Source of the DNA: Piromyces finnis finn
Taxonomy: Eukaryota; Fungi; Neocallimastigomycota
Length of the DNA stretch: 64,000 bases
Reading direction: 5' to 3'
Assembly: GCA_002104945.1 (NCBI GenBank)
Contig: MCFH01000053.1
Location: 326,967-390,966 of the forward strand
The notes under the pieces are model-generated. The model had not been told where the DNA came from, made no database searches, and saw only the letters and a list, made by a program, of their open reading frames with translations. Shown here one piece after another: positions 12,880 to 27,900 of the stretch; position 1 is the stretch's first letter; each line of letters begins with the position of its first letter. The translations under genes were made by a program, and so were the position numbers.

Positions 12880-15800
12880 AGTAATAAAGTAGGATATTTT
12901 TTTTTATTCTTTTTGAAATTTAATAAATTATTTATGTATAAAAAAGAAATCTTTTGATAAAATGCACTACATTTAATGATAAAATTATATCAATTATAAT
13001 ATTTTATTATTATAAATGATATAACTTATAGTTGATGCTGATATTAAAACATATATTTAGTTAATTCTTTTTTTTATCTTTAATTATTCTTTCTTTATAT
13101 TATAAATAATATACTTTGAATAGGCGTCTTATTTCAATATATTTTATTATTCTGGATTTGAAAAATTATTCATTCATGTATACATATAAATAATAATAGT
13201 ACAGGTACGAAAAACGAATATTATAAATTTTTATAATATACAGTAGTTTTTTAGAGAAAATTACTTTGAAATTCCACGAATAATATAGTGATTTATTATG
13301 TTATTAAAATATGATAATAGTATTAAATAATAAATGTAATTATTTTATTATAATATCTAATAATTGATAATTTCTACTTTGTTTTGTTATAATTTTTCAT
13401 TTTTATTTTAAAATTTTATTTATTATTTATTTTGTAATATAAATAATAAATTGAAAAGTAATTACTGTAAATGAAAACTTTTTTAATAGTCGTCCTTTGT
13501 ATTATAATTAAAAAAAAAAAGTTATATATAAATTTTTTAAATATAATTTAAAAAAATTTTTTTTGAATTTCTGATGAAAAAAATAAACTGTGATTTATAT
13601 TAAATAATATATTTTGTATATATTGTAATGTATTTCAAACAATATTAGAACCAATACATGAAATGAAAATTTTTTTAAATAAAAATTATATCATTACAAT
13701 ATATTATAGTATATTACAATATATAATATATTTTAATTTATCAAGGTAATGTAATTTAAAATTAAATTTACTATATATTAAAATATAATGTATTATATAC
13801 TAACATTAACTAATTGTTTTTAAACTTTTTGTTATTAATATATCCAGTGATAAACTTTATGAAAAATCTCAATTTATTATATATATTACTATTCAAATTT
13901 TTATCCGTATATATTATATAAATTGTTTATTGATATATTGATTTATATTGGTTATATATAAACAGAAAAGTACCATACTCTATTAAAGTTTAGCAAATCT
14001 AATTGATTATGCTTTAATGCTTATTTTTATTTAAAATTAAAGTTATGGTTTAATATAAAATTAAATGTTTATTTATTTTAATATATGCAGATAATATATT
14101 ATAGAAAACTTATAAATAAATTAATTATCATCTATCTATTGATTATAATCACAAAAATTGAAAAGGATATTATAAACTTTAATTTATAATTTTTGAATGT
14201 AAGATGGATAATGAATAAACTAAGTAAAAGCTATTTTAGGAAATAAAGGATCAATCAAAAACTTTAAATATTATATAATTTCCATATATTAAAACGAAAT
14301 ATTATTTTATAAAATTTTACATTTTTAATTGATATATTTTTTTTGAGTATTTAATACATGTTTTGTACAACTTTAATGTAATTTATTTATTTTCCTACTG
14401 TTACAAAACATTATATATGAAATCTAAAATACATCAAAAATAAGGATTATCAAAGAGTTTATTTAATAAAACATTATATAATTTATATTAATATTATAAT
14501 GAAAAAATAAATTTCAACATAGCAAATATTTATTAAAAGTCTTTACACCTATTTTATTATTATTTTTTCCATTATTTATGGTAGTACAACAAGTTTTAGT
14601 GATCATTAAAGATAGGCACAAAAATTTTAATTTATTTGTATTTTTTAAAAAAAATACAGAAAATCATATTAATTAAATTTTAAACATTTAAAGTTATTAT
14701 AAGAGTTATTATTTTTACTTTTTAAATTATTATTTGAAAACTACTGGAATATTTATTTTCTCTTTTATCAATTTTCTTATTATAATACAGTATTTAAAGT
14801 AAATAGTTAGTATAATGATTGAAATATCATTAAGTATTGAAATCATTAATTATTAATTATAAAATAATGTCTAGTTTTTTTTTTATTTTTAGTTTTTATT
14901 TTTATATTTTAATTAATTACTATTTTTTATTTTAATTATAAATTAAAGTTTATTTTAGATTTTTTTTAATATTTATCTAAAGTAATTTTATTGGCTAAGG
15001 TATTAATTATTCCATTATAAATAAATTTTAAAAATTAAAAAGTTAAACCCTTTTTTTTTTTTATTTAAAAAATTAAAATTTCTGTAAAATTTAAAATTTT
15101 ATTTTCTGTAATATATTCTCAAATATAACTTTATTATCAATTTTTTAAATTGTGTCAATATATCATTTTTTTAGATAAGTCATAAGACTTTCCTATAAGT
15201 CCATGATGAATTCGTTCATTTAATTAATAACACTGGACTCTGTGTATAGAATTATGGAACATTTAGAATGTTCCTTAATCAAATTGGCAAGATATAGTAT
15301 AAGAAGAAATGTATTCCCTTCTTTGTCTATAAAAAAATACCAAACTTGTAACGATTTGTTTTAGAGATACTATAATACTACAGAAATCAAAAAGCATGAC
15401 TGAAAAATAATATTCTAAATAATGAAAGAAAATTTCTCATATATTAACAATAATTAATTCTATATATTCATATTAGCAATACTATGAGACTTCTTGATAG
15501 ATTTAGTATTTAGTAAAACTCATTCCATAATCAAAAGCGCCTTATATATAATGTAAATTTTATAAACTACGTATTGATAATTTTTTTTGTAATGAGCAAA
15601 ATTTTTTAGTCAAAAAAATAAGACACTTAATATATAAAAGAAAAGATTTCTTTTCTTTTATATATTAAGTAGTTTTTTAGCTTTAGTATATTGTTTATTT
15701 TATGGCCTTCAAAAATAAGTGACTTTCTACAAAGACTAATATATTTATATTTTTAAAGTAAAATAATTATTCATAGTTTTTTTATACGTATAAATTCGTG

Positions 15801-16161
15801 TTATTTATAGGTATAATCACACAATTAAATAATAAAATATTAAAGGAAAATAATCATTAATCCATTAAATTGGATAAATATCTTTTTGTTTTTTAAAGTT
15901 TAGTAATATATTATTCCAAAAAGTTAAAATTTTAACCATTATATATTTATTGAGAAAATATAATTATTTATTTATTATTATATAAAATTTTTTGCTATAT
16001 ATAACAATATAGTATTTATTATTATATAAGCAAATACATTATTTCATTTTTATATAATATATAATTATAATTAATTATATTAATAAAATAAAAAAATATT
16101 TTATATACTAGATAAACTCTAAATAGTAACAATTAATTTTATAAATTTCACTATATTTAAT

Positions 16162-18759
16162 TTAGGATGGAATAAACTTTTTCTTCTTATTTAGATCATT
16201 TTTAGAATTATTTTTTGATTTATTTGTTACAGTTACAGCGTTTGATTCCATACAAGCTTTTTCAGAATATTGATAAATCTTTTCATTCAAAATAGCATTA
16301 ATCTTATCATTTTGAGCAATTTGGGATTTGTATATATAATTTTGTTCTTTAGATTTCTTTAATTCTTTAATAAGACGTTTAACATAATTTTCAACTTTAT
16401 TATAGGTATCAGCCAAGTTACTATCACTACTAAGTTTATATATTTTTTCTTGTATGTTGGATATACTGTTAAGTTCATCATTTGATACACAATTTTCTTT
16501 TTCTTTTTCTTTATCATCATCATCATTAGAAGAAGTGGCTTCTTTTTCATTTTCTTCATTTTCATTATCGGATTTATTACTAAGTTCATCAACACTACCA
16601 TATTTATCAATGTTATCAATTTTAACCATATCTTTTTTCATCATAGTTTCAATAAAATGTAATTGTTCAGTTACATCATTCTTGAAGGATTTAAATGCTT
16701 CGTTTTGCTTAGAATATTTTTCTTGAAGATTTTTAATATTTTCATTATTTTCTTCTATTTCTTTCGTCATTTCATTGATTTTTGTAGTTTTTTCTTCTAT
16801 TGTATTATTTTTTTGCTCAACATCATTATTACGTTCAGTAAGAGTTGTTTGTAATTCATCGTTTTGCTTAGAAATCTCTTCAATATGTTGATTCATTTGT
16901 TCAATTTGTGTATTCTTTTCGTTTAATTGCTTTTGCAATTCTTCAATCATTTTATCACGTTTTTCAATTTCACTCATTTCTTTAAGAACAGCTTCTTCTT
17001 TTGGTTTATCAAAACTATCATCTAATGCATATTCATTTAACCATCCAATGGTATTAAGACGGTCTGCATATAAACGATAGAATTCACTATCAATATATCC
17101 ATTCTTTGAAAGAATTCCTTTAATATATTCAATTTCTTGATCTAATGGTAAGTAATGTTCTTTATCTTTTAATTTCATACGACGAATTAATTCTCTAACA
17201 TATGCCATGGATTCCTTTAATTTTTAATTAATTTAGTAATGAAGTTATATATATTATATAAATAAAAAAGAAAAATTAATGTATAAATAAATTTTTTATA
17301 TATAAATATCTATTTATTAAGTTAATTATTTACTTCATTTGTAAGATTAACATTAGAATATTTGTTAAATATTGTAGCAACAAAACTAAGATTTAATCTT
17401 GCATGTCCATTAACAATTCTCTATATAATTATAAAACCATCATTATTAATACATTATTGATTATTAACATTTTTTTTTTTTTTGTTTATAAATTATGTTA
17501 TATTCAAATAAATTATTTTTATTTCTTAAGGTTTATTATTATCATTATTAAATTATTATAATAATATATTACATACGTTAATATTAATGAAACGTTTACA
17601 ATCCATAATTTGTGAAATTCTAAGTACACATTCAGCTCTTTTTTCCTTTTCATCAGTTGAATATGATCTACCTTCATTAATGATTTTCATAACTTCATCA
17701 TTTCCACCCTTGATCATATTAAGACGTTCAAAAAGTGTAAAGTAAGCTTCTGAATCACTGATATCTTTTGAGAAATTTGAAATTGGTTTTTGATCATTAT
17801 GCTTTAAATGGAAATTAAACCAACGTAATAACAATTGCTCATTAGAAAGTTGACCTGCCATTTCAACAGTTTCATCTGGATTTAATAATAAAATAAGTTC
17901 AGGGTGACTGTCAACGTTAATTTCTTTCAAAAGAATACATCTAATCTATTTTTTTTTACCAAATTAATATAAATAATTAAATATAATTAATAAATGAATT
18001 TTTGTTGATGTTATTGATTGATACTATTAATTAATATTTTATATCAATGAATATTAGTTATTTTAAATTTTACCATTTGCCATAATAAACCAAGTACTAA
18101 ACCGGCATTCTTATGTAAAATATCCTATATTGTATAGGTAAAATAAAAGAGTAATTTAAAATTAATATTTAATTTTTTTTTTTTGTTTTTGCATTAATAA
18201 TAAAAAAAAGCAATTATAATAATTTTAAATAATATTAAATTAAAAAAAGTCATCTCAATTTTTAATTTTTAAAAATAAAATAAAAATTTATAATCATATC
18301 TTTTTATTATTATATTAATATTAGTTAATAATTAATAATATATAAACATACTTCTGAACCAATATTGACAACAACAATACCACATTTTTTAGCACTTTCT
18401 AAAATAATGTTATGATTTGCAGTAACCTTGAAAACAACCTTTGCATTGTCTGTTGAAACTGCAACTGTTTTTTTATTATCAAATCCAGAAAGATTAATAT
18501 CTCTATTTAATTTATCTAAATTAATATTGTTTGGATTAATTTGATGAAGAATATAACCAAAGAGAATACCATCTCTAAGAGAATCTAATAAATCATTAAC
18601 CTTTTCATTTTGTTTATTTTCTATGTCTGATTGACTTACTGGTAAGTATTTTGGGGTAAGTTCTGTAATATGACCTAATAAATTATCAATATATTCAGAA
18701 TAGGCCAAAATTTCTTGGTTAATATCATTACTTTTCTTTTGTTTATCAGATATATCCAT
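16162..18759 (-). CDS. Fimbrin/plastin-type actin-binding domain (CH1-CH2, ABD1 only) fused to a long coiled coil
   Basis: Approximate exons: 18352-18759, 18074-18126, 17574-17930, 17333-17420, 16162-17214. Fimbrin ABD1 motifs: SLRDGILFGYILHQINP, NHNIILESAKKCGIVVVNIGSE-DILHKNAGLVLGLLWQ, LSNEQLLLRWFNFHLK, ISNFSKDISDSEAYFTL, RIVNGHARLNLSFVATIFNKY. The last exon is E/K/Q/N-rich with heptad character. Confidence 0.8.
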
Positions 18760-19840
18760 TTTATTTAAAATGATTTTTTATTGTTAACTAAAAAACTATA
18801 TATTTTGATATTAAAAGATAGATTCGTTATTTATTTTATTGACAGAATATCGATTGATAATATTATTTTAAATTTAGTAATAAAGCATAAAATTTATATA
18901 TATATATTAGAATTTTTTTTAAAAAATATATTAAATCGAATTGTTATTACTATAATAAGAATTTTTTTTAAACTTCAAATACCTTTCAATCTTTTTTTAA
19001 AATATGTATCAAAATTGAAGAAATTTATATAAAGGAAAAAAGAAAAACGAAATAAAGGTATAATTAAAATATAAAAAATATAAAACTTAATTGTATAATA
19101 TTATAATAATATAAGAAAATGTGATAATAATTATGATATTCCTATCTTTTTAAAAAAATCATTTTATTAAAATAGTAATGAATAAAATTTACTATATATA
19201 AAATTAAAACTAATATTACTAAAAATAATTTATAATTAAAATTTATACAAAACAGGAACAAAAAAATAATTACACCTTTAAGAATATTAGTAATTGTTGG
19301 ATGACAAATGGATTTTTAATAATAATAGGGTTTTAATTTATAAAATGTGTCTATTTTAAAATAAATCATTTAATCATTTATTATCACTTTTTTTTTAATT
19401 AGAAATTAAGAAAATAATCAACTTTATTTTTTTATTATAAAAATTTTTTAGAGGATTAATAATTTTCTTATTTTTTTTTTGATGAAAGTTTTACTAATTA
19501 TTTTTTTAATATGTGTAATAAAAATAAAAGTTTAAAATATATATAATAAATAGAAATAGAGATATTTTAGTGAAAATAAATTATTAAAAATATTCAATAA
19601 ATCAATTAATAGAATAATCATATTATAATAACATTAATATTATATTAATAACACTGTTTTTATGTTATTAATTTTTTATTTATTGCTCGTTTTAATAATT
19701 TTTATTCATGTATTACGTATTGCATTGAATAATAATGTATATATATATAAATATAAATGTTTATATTAATATGTGTTTTATTTTATTATTATATAGACTT
19801 TTAAATATTTTTGAAAAGGTACTATTTTGTTATTAAAAAG

Positions 19841-20011
19841 TTAACTTGTTTGTTGATTTTCTTCTAAATCATTTAATGAGAATAAAATATACCTATAATA
19901 TATAATAGTATATAAATATGAAATCTTTTATAGTAATCATTAATATTATATATTCTTAATACTTACAAGCATCTTAAAATTGACTTTGCATCACCCTTAA
20001 CAATATCTTTA

Positions 20012-20053
<42 letters not shown>

Positions 20054-22361
20054 TTGATGAGTTAGTAATTAGTTTTATATTGGTTAATATTATAATATGT
20101 GTATTTATTAAAATTATGTATTATACCAGAAGGTTTAATTTTTGAACAATTTATACCCAAGTTATTTAATAAGTAAATACTAAAATTTACATTTTCAAGC
20201 TATTATCATTTTAAATTATAATGAAGAAATAAATGTAGAAAAATAATTATTACAATGTGAATAAGCATATTTTTATCTAATGTATAGAAATGTGTTTTAT
20301 TTAATTGATTTTTTCACCTTTTCTGAATAAGATGATGGATTTTCTTTATAGTTATAAGATGGTATAAATATATTTTTAATTAATCCAATGAGCCATAAAA
20401 TATATACACCATTACTAAAATCTTCGAGTTCGTTAATTTGTACATTCATTAATGCAAGATAATTATTACAGAAATTAACTAATAACTAAAAGTATTGTAT
20501 TGAATAGATATAGGATAGTACAAATTAATATAAATATTATTATATATGATTATAATATATATTATAATTTATCTTTATTTTTTTAATATTATTTTTATTA
20601 ATTTTTTATGTACTTCTTTAATTTCAGCAATCTTATCTTGGTTTTCTTGCATCTTATCAAATACATCTTCATCTTCATTAGTATCCTCTTTTCCACTATC
20701 AACTTTTTAAAATTTAATAAATTTATATTTGAATAATATCATTACATAAATTAAATAAATGGGATATAAATTATATATATTTATTTAGGTATATTAGTAG
20801 GTTAAATTTTATTTATTTGAATATTTTTATGATAATTTATACATACGGTAATTTATATCTACAGCACTTTTTATATATGAAGGGAAATATTTTTTAATTA
20901 TATACATTATAAATTAGAAAGTTTTTTTTTAAATAATTAATTTTTATTTAATATTTTAAACTACAATAAAATAATTTACCCAGCTTTATCATTGTATTGA
21001 GTTTCATCTCCTGATATAGAATGTAAGGTAGTTTTATTTTTAACACCGCCGGAACCAATTTTCTTTATAATTACAAAAAATTAATAAAAAATATATAAGT
21101 TATATTTTCATATATATATATTAATTAATTTATTTTCATACATCTTGGTGTGTAATTGCAATAGTAACATTAGATGGAATTGCTAACGGACATGGTGCAT
21201 CTTTTAATAATAATTTATGAGCGTTATTTATTATTAATATTTTAATATTTTTATATTATTTTAAAAATAAAGTAATATATTGTATGATATATTATATTTT
21301 ACAATGTGATAAATCTACTAAGAATGCCAGTATAGAAGAAATATCTCTCTTAACAATTCCTATTTAAAAATAAAATTGATAAATGTTATATTATTGGGTA
21401 TATAAAATTATATAAATTATATATATGTGAAAAATTAAAAAAAAAAAAAAAACCTTCAGCTGTCCAACGTTGTGGATCACGTTCTAATCCTAATTTATCA
21501 ACAGCAAACTGAATACATTTATTAATATTTGAAATTTTATTTTTCTCTGTAGAGCCTGGTAAAATATCATCAAGATTTTCATATGTTAAAGTTTCTTTAA
21601 AATAATGTAACAATAATAAATATTTAAAAAAAGAGTTTTCATAAGTTATATAATTCATAAAATTACATATTATTTTTCTATTAACAAAATATTATATGAA
21701 ATAATCCAAGTAAAAATATTTAACATAATATTTTTTTTAAATATATACCGATGAATGCTGCTAAAATTTGACCATCTGATAAATCATAAACAATATCACG
21801 TACAATTAAATGCTGTTTTTGAAGGGTTTGATTAATCCATGCTGTTAGTGACTTTTTATATAAAAATATTGCAGTTATGTTAAATATTATATGCATATGT
21901 AATTATCAATATATTAGTATATAAACTATTTATAATTAAATAAAAAAGTTTGACATGCAATAAATACCCTCATTAATGTTTTAACATTAAAGTCATTCTT
22001 TATGATGATAATTATGTAATATAAAGGAAAATTGTAGTTTATTTTAAAAAAAAAGTAAAATTAATTAAGATTTTTCGTTCTTTCATTTTTAATTAGTAAT
22101 AACTTTGTTTTAGTTACTTTTGATGAAGCGTGTAATTGGTATTCTTTATTATTATTTTGTTGTTGTTAATTCATTTATTAAAAATATATTATTAATAAGC
22201 ATGAATAATTAATAAAATTATTAAAATTATATTTATATAAAAAGAAAAAAATTATTCAAAAAGTTAATGAAAGATATTTTAACATATTTTTTTTTTAACA
22301 AATTATAACATAATAACATAATACCTTTATTTACTGTTGTTTTTTTAACACCTAAATCCAT
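19841..22361 (-). CDS. PARV: Parvin (two atypical CH domains; ILK-PINCH-parvin complex component)
   Basis: CH1: SLTAWINQTLQKQHLIVRDIVYDLSDGQILAAF...RWTAEGIVKRDISSILAFLVDLS...PLAIPSNVTIAI. CH2: EDVFDKMQENQDKIAEIK..VNFCNNYLALMNVQINELEDFSNGVYILWLIGLIKNIFIP..PSSYSEKLENVNFSIYLL..KPSDIVKGDAKSILRCLYILF. Both are collinear with recalled alpha-parvin (VLIDWINDVL..IVKDLAEDLYDGQVL; FADGVYLVLLMGLL..FVP; RPEDIVNCDLKSTLRVLYNLF). The start ATG at 22361 is tentative; stop TAA at 19841-19843. Confidence 0.85.
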
Positions 22362-23334
22362 TGGGAAAAGTTTTTATTTTTCTAAATAATTATTTTCTTG
22401 AATTCAAACTTTCTTAAATATATAATAAAAAATGAAGAAAATTCCTCGGGAATATTTATAATTTTTTTTTTTTAATATTTTTTTTTCCTTTAAAATGTGT
22501 TAATTATTTTTTAAAGAATTATTTAATGATTATTATATATATATATTTATATATATTTTAATATTATTCAAAAATTGGTAAAAGTTTTTCTTTCTTATTA
22601 TGTTATTATTTTATTTTATAAAAATTTCACAGTTTTTATTACTGAGAATTATTTTTTTTTTACAAGTTTAAAACTAAAAACTTTAAATTATTTACAATTT
22701 ATATATAAAATAAGTTTTACTTTTATTTTGCATATTTATCCTATTTACAACAGTAATAACAATAAATAAATTTAAGGGAATAATTAATTTGAAAAAAAAA
22801 AAATTATTAAATAAAAAGAAATAAGATGCAAATAATTAAATAAATTAAAAAAATGTAGTAATATTGAATAGATTATTATTACTATCTTTATATTAAATTC
22901 AATTATAGCATTTTTATTTACTTTATAATGCTTTTACTAATTATGAAAAATTATAAAAAATTGGTTAATTAACTTTATATTTTCCTTCTTTATATAGAAG
23001 AATGTTTAAATAATAAAATAAAGGTAATTTTATTATTATTTTTTTAAATTTTTTTTATTAATATTTGGATGTATTTTCCTTTTATTTTATATATATAGAT
23101 ATATATATATTTTAAAGAGTTCTATTAAAATGCAATTTTCTATAACATCGAAAAAAAAAAGAAAAAAAAAGAAAAAAAAAAAAGATAATTTTAAATACAA
23201 ATTATTAAATAAAAATATAAATATGAAAAAAAAAATTAATTTTTTTTTTTCAATTTTAAAATAAAAAAAGTGAATCAATGAATATGATTTTTTTTTAAAG
23301 ATTGAGTAATTTAAATTTTAGTATTTTATGATGA

Positions 23335-24865
23335 TTATATAAGAATTTCAAAGTTATTTGGAGGATTTATTGATTCTTTAAATTCATTTGCTGAAGGTAA
23401 ATCATGCTTATAAAGAGTGATAATCTTTTTTATTATTGCAAACATTTGATGTTGATTTTTAGAATCATATTCAAATGGTGGTATCGATGAATAAGAAAAC
23501 ATATTTAATTGGTATAATCTATTCACTTGTTTTTCAGATGTTTTTGTAACTTTATTAGGCTTGAAGTTAATACAACGTAATTCTGAAAGTCCATAAAGCC
23601 ATTTCAAATGATTTCTAAGTAATTGTAATAATCCTGATATATAAGCAGTTTTTGTATGTTCATCTAATTTTTTAAGTTCTATATATAAATGTATATATAA
23701 TATTATATTTAATTTTTGTTGTATATATTCAAATTAAAAATAAAAATAGCACTATTTATTTGATTCCTTTTGTAATTAATTAATAAAAATATTAATGAAA
23801 TAAATATTAATTGACAAAAAAGAATGGGTGAATAAAAAATAGAATACCTTTATCTTGCATTTTGGTGTAACCATAATTCTTTTCTTTATAATAATCAACA
23901 TATTCTAATAATGATTGACCTTGTTCGGCTAAGATAGGTTGTATACGATATATTACAAGTAAAATTTCTTCCTGTGTTTTATATTCGAGGGTAGCTAGGT
24001 TTTCGATAATGTAACGGCTATAATATCTATTGAACTTTAATTTATAATAATTATAATAAATCAATTATTATTATCAATAATAAAATAAATCCATTATATA
24101 TATTTTTTATTTATTTACTGATTTTTCACGTTGGTCACAAGCTTTTACTAAATTTGTTAAAAATTCATTTCGTTTATTTCTTTTATCACGGATAATATTG
24201 AACATTGGGGTGAGTAGAGCTTCTATATATTCATTAGAATAAACTCTATAACCTATTATATTTAATAATCATATTTTTGAAATTACAATATTTATGAAAT
24301 ATAATATTTTAATCAAAGTTATTAATAATTTTTGATATATATATATATATATATATATATTACTAAAAGCATTATAAAAGAAAAAGAAAATATAATTATG
24401 ACAATAAAACTAAAGTATTTACCTCTAATTTTCTTCTCATCATTGTTAAAAAGCATAAGTTGATATTCATACGTCTTATAGACACAAATACTATTTTTAC
24501 TATGAATAAAAGAAGCATGTTTTTCAGTTAAACTTTTATGTAATTTAATAGCTCTATCCCTTAAACTCTTTTCTGAACAAGTTTCAAATGCTACTACATA
24601 CGGAACACACTTTAATAATTTATATTTATATTAGTCATTGTATTATTATTATTATTATTATTATTATATAGTATTTTATTTCTTTAGTTATAACTGCATT
24701 TACCTTTAATGGATGAACTAAACCTTGTTCTAAAATAACATATAATACATCAAAAGATGCTGTTTTAAGACTAATTTCATTTGTGAATAAGCATTCTAAG
24801 ATTTCCGAAAGAAATTGCTGCATTAAAGCACTACTTATACTATTATATAGATATGAAGTTATTTA

Positions 24866-24909
<44 letters not shown>

Positions 24910-27900
24910 GTAATTATATATATATATATACTATTTTACTTTACAATATCAAAAAACTTACCCCATATCAATAATTTCATCTGTTATTCCAACCAATAAT
25001 TTAACATCAATATCTTTCTTTTCTTCTTTTTTAGGTGTTTCTGTTATTATTAAAAATTATGTAAAATAAAGTATTATAAATAATTTTTAGTATTAATTCA
25101 AGAGGAGTATTACTATAAATTTTTATAAAATTAAATTTTTTTTAATTTATTATTAAGAACCTTTTTCTTCTCTTTCCTCATCTTTGTGATCAAGTTTTAA
25201 ATAGTTATAATAGATATTTAATAAATTAACTTTCAGTGCAGTATCGTTATTTTTAAATATTTCATTCATAAGTTTTACTGAAGTTGTATTTAGCATTAGA
25301 CGAGGATGTACAATAAATATATGTCCTATTATTCAAAATATAATAATTTTTGGTATAAAAATATTATTTAGGGTATATCTAATATATTATTTATATATAT
25401 TGAATATATACCAATATTTTCTAACGCACATCTCCTTATAATTGGAGAAAATTGTTCATTCAGATAATTTATTAATATCTGATATATTGTTTGAATATAA
25501 TCCTATAATAATTAAAAATTAAATAAAAATGAAAATATGTATTAATAATATAATTTCATATCAAAAAATAAATAATGTTTTATTTTTTTTTTACCTTTTC
25601 AATTAAGTATTTATATTGTGGTAAAATATTTTCTATTTATATATAGAAATGATATTAATTAGTATTGAAATATGCTTTATATTCATTTCATTATTTTATT
25701 ATTATTTTTTATTTTTAATTACTCTTTTTCTTTTCTGGAATTTTCTCAAAATTTGATTCACGAATAACTAATCCAGAAACAATAAAACATCGAATATATC
25801 CAGCTACACTTGTGATTTTAAAATTTTTAATTTTTATCATATTATCATACTTTTCTTTTAAGAAATCTATAATTTTTTTTAATACCAATTATTTAAAAAT
25901 TAATAAAAATTAAATATATAAATATTTAATATCTTAATTTAACTTTTTATGTTTATATACCTAGACAGCATTTTAATAGGTTTAATGTTCTATTATAATT
26001 AAAAGTTATATTTTCAATTATTGTACATAAACATGGAATTGCAGCTTGTACAATTGCAGTTCCTTGACGATGAATCATTAACTCTAAATCTTGTTCTACC
26101 TGTTTCAATACATTTGGATCATAATTCTTCGCATACTTTAGTGAATTTTTATATATCATAATAATAGATCTTAAAATATTTTTATCCATCGCAGTTTGAT
26201 TCTATTTTTTTTAACCAAGATAGTTATATATACATTAAAATATAATAAATAATTTAATGTCATATTTTATCTTGAATAAATAATAATAATTTATTAATAA
26301 TAATAATAATAACAATAATATAATCAACATACTGAACTAGGATGGAAGTATGGTTGTAAAGTTACAATATGATTTGCTAATAATTCTGGTTTAGCTCTGC
26401 TAAATTGGTATAATAAATTTAAGCAACTATTGATTTTTTCATTCTATAAATTTTAATAGGTAATTAAATAATTAATTATTATTTTATTATGTTTGTTTTT
26501 TATATATATATATATATTTATTTAATATAAATACATTACATTAGTTTTTATATTTTTTTTAGAGTCTCCTTCTTCTATAGTATCGACACCTTCTAAATCA
26601 ATTAATTGATCAACTAAACATTCTATAACTAAATTACTAATACCATACACTAAAAGAGTGGGTATTGGGAATTTAATTTTATTTTCATTTATGACTGCTT
26701 GTTTAGCTGCTACATTTGAGTTTTCAGTATTATTTTTGTTTTTGATATTCGTTATTGGTATTAACTTTTCCTCATCTGAAACTCCTATATTCAAATTGTA
26801 TTTACTAGAGATACATTTATTTATGGTATTACCAGTGATATCTGAATCAGCTAAAACGGATAACATTTCAACTCTTAGCTTAACTTCATTTTTAGTCTGT
26901 GTAGTTAAAGAAGTGTAAGAAGGAATCATATCTTTTATTTTTTCTTCTTTGTCATCTAGGGTTTCTTTGGTAAAACCATTAGTCCCATCAATTATGGAAT
27001 TGATATGGATCATGGCTGAATTAGAATTGGAAGAGGACAATGTAGAAAGAGAGGAAAGATTATTTCTTAAATTTTCAATAGAAATTAATTCTGGTGAAAA
27101 AAAAGAATTGAACCATATTTCTTGAATAGATTTTAATGCCAGTTCCTTTACACTCTTTTCTTCATCAGTTGTTCTTTTCAAAATCTTTTTACAAATATCC
27201 TTTAACATTTCCTTATTATTTAAGTAATCCTCATATTTTGTATTGATATATATATCTTTTAATAATTTAATAACTCTCTTTCTAACATTAATACCAATAT
27301 CTAAAATACGATCTGTAACAACTTTATAATATTGTTTAGTAACTTCCGAGAAGTTTAAGGATGATTCTGAGTTGATTAAATATTTCCCAATTAATTCAAT
27401 AGACGCATCTCTTACAACAGCACTAGAATCTTGAATACAATGAATTACAGTTGAAGCAATTTGAGGTTGCATTAATACCTCACAATCAACATTGACAATT
27501 ATCTGAATACTTCTTAAAACCTTTGAACGTACACTAACATGAACAGAATCTAATAATAATACGATACGCTGGAATAAGACATCATACATTTGAAAAATGG
27601 ATTCATTTGATGATAATATAATAGATATGGGTATGAGATTTAATGGTGAATTAAATTGTTTCTTTATAATATTCTTTATAACTTGGATATTATTATATTT
27701 TGTTGATGTTTCCACATTATCTTTTATTATATCTTCAATAATATTGTTTGAAATATCTTTATCTTCATTATCGACATGTTCAAATATATCAATAACTGGT
27801 ATGGAAGATGGTCTATATAAAAAATTAATTTTTATTTTTTTTTATTTTTTTTTTATTTTCCAATATAAATATGGATATATATAAATATATGAATAAATAA

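Noticed and set aside
16359-16854. Small overlapping ORFs rich in Phe/Ser or Met/Lys
   Set aside because: Antisense or alternative frames of the coiled-coil exon.
16162-18759. Canonical fimbrin (SAC6)
   Set aside because: No EF-hand headpiece and no second ABD, so the gene symbol is withheld.
26658-27884. Plus-strand ORFs within Scc2
   Set aside because: Antisense shadows of a conserved coding exon.
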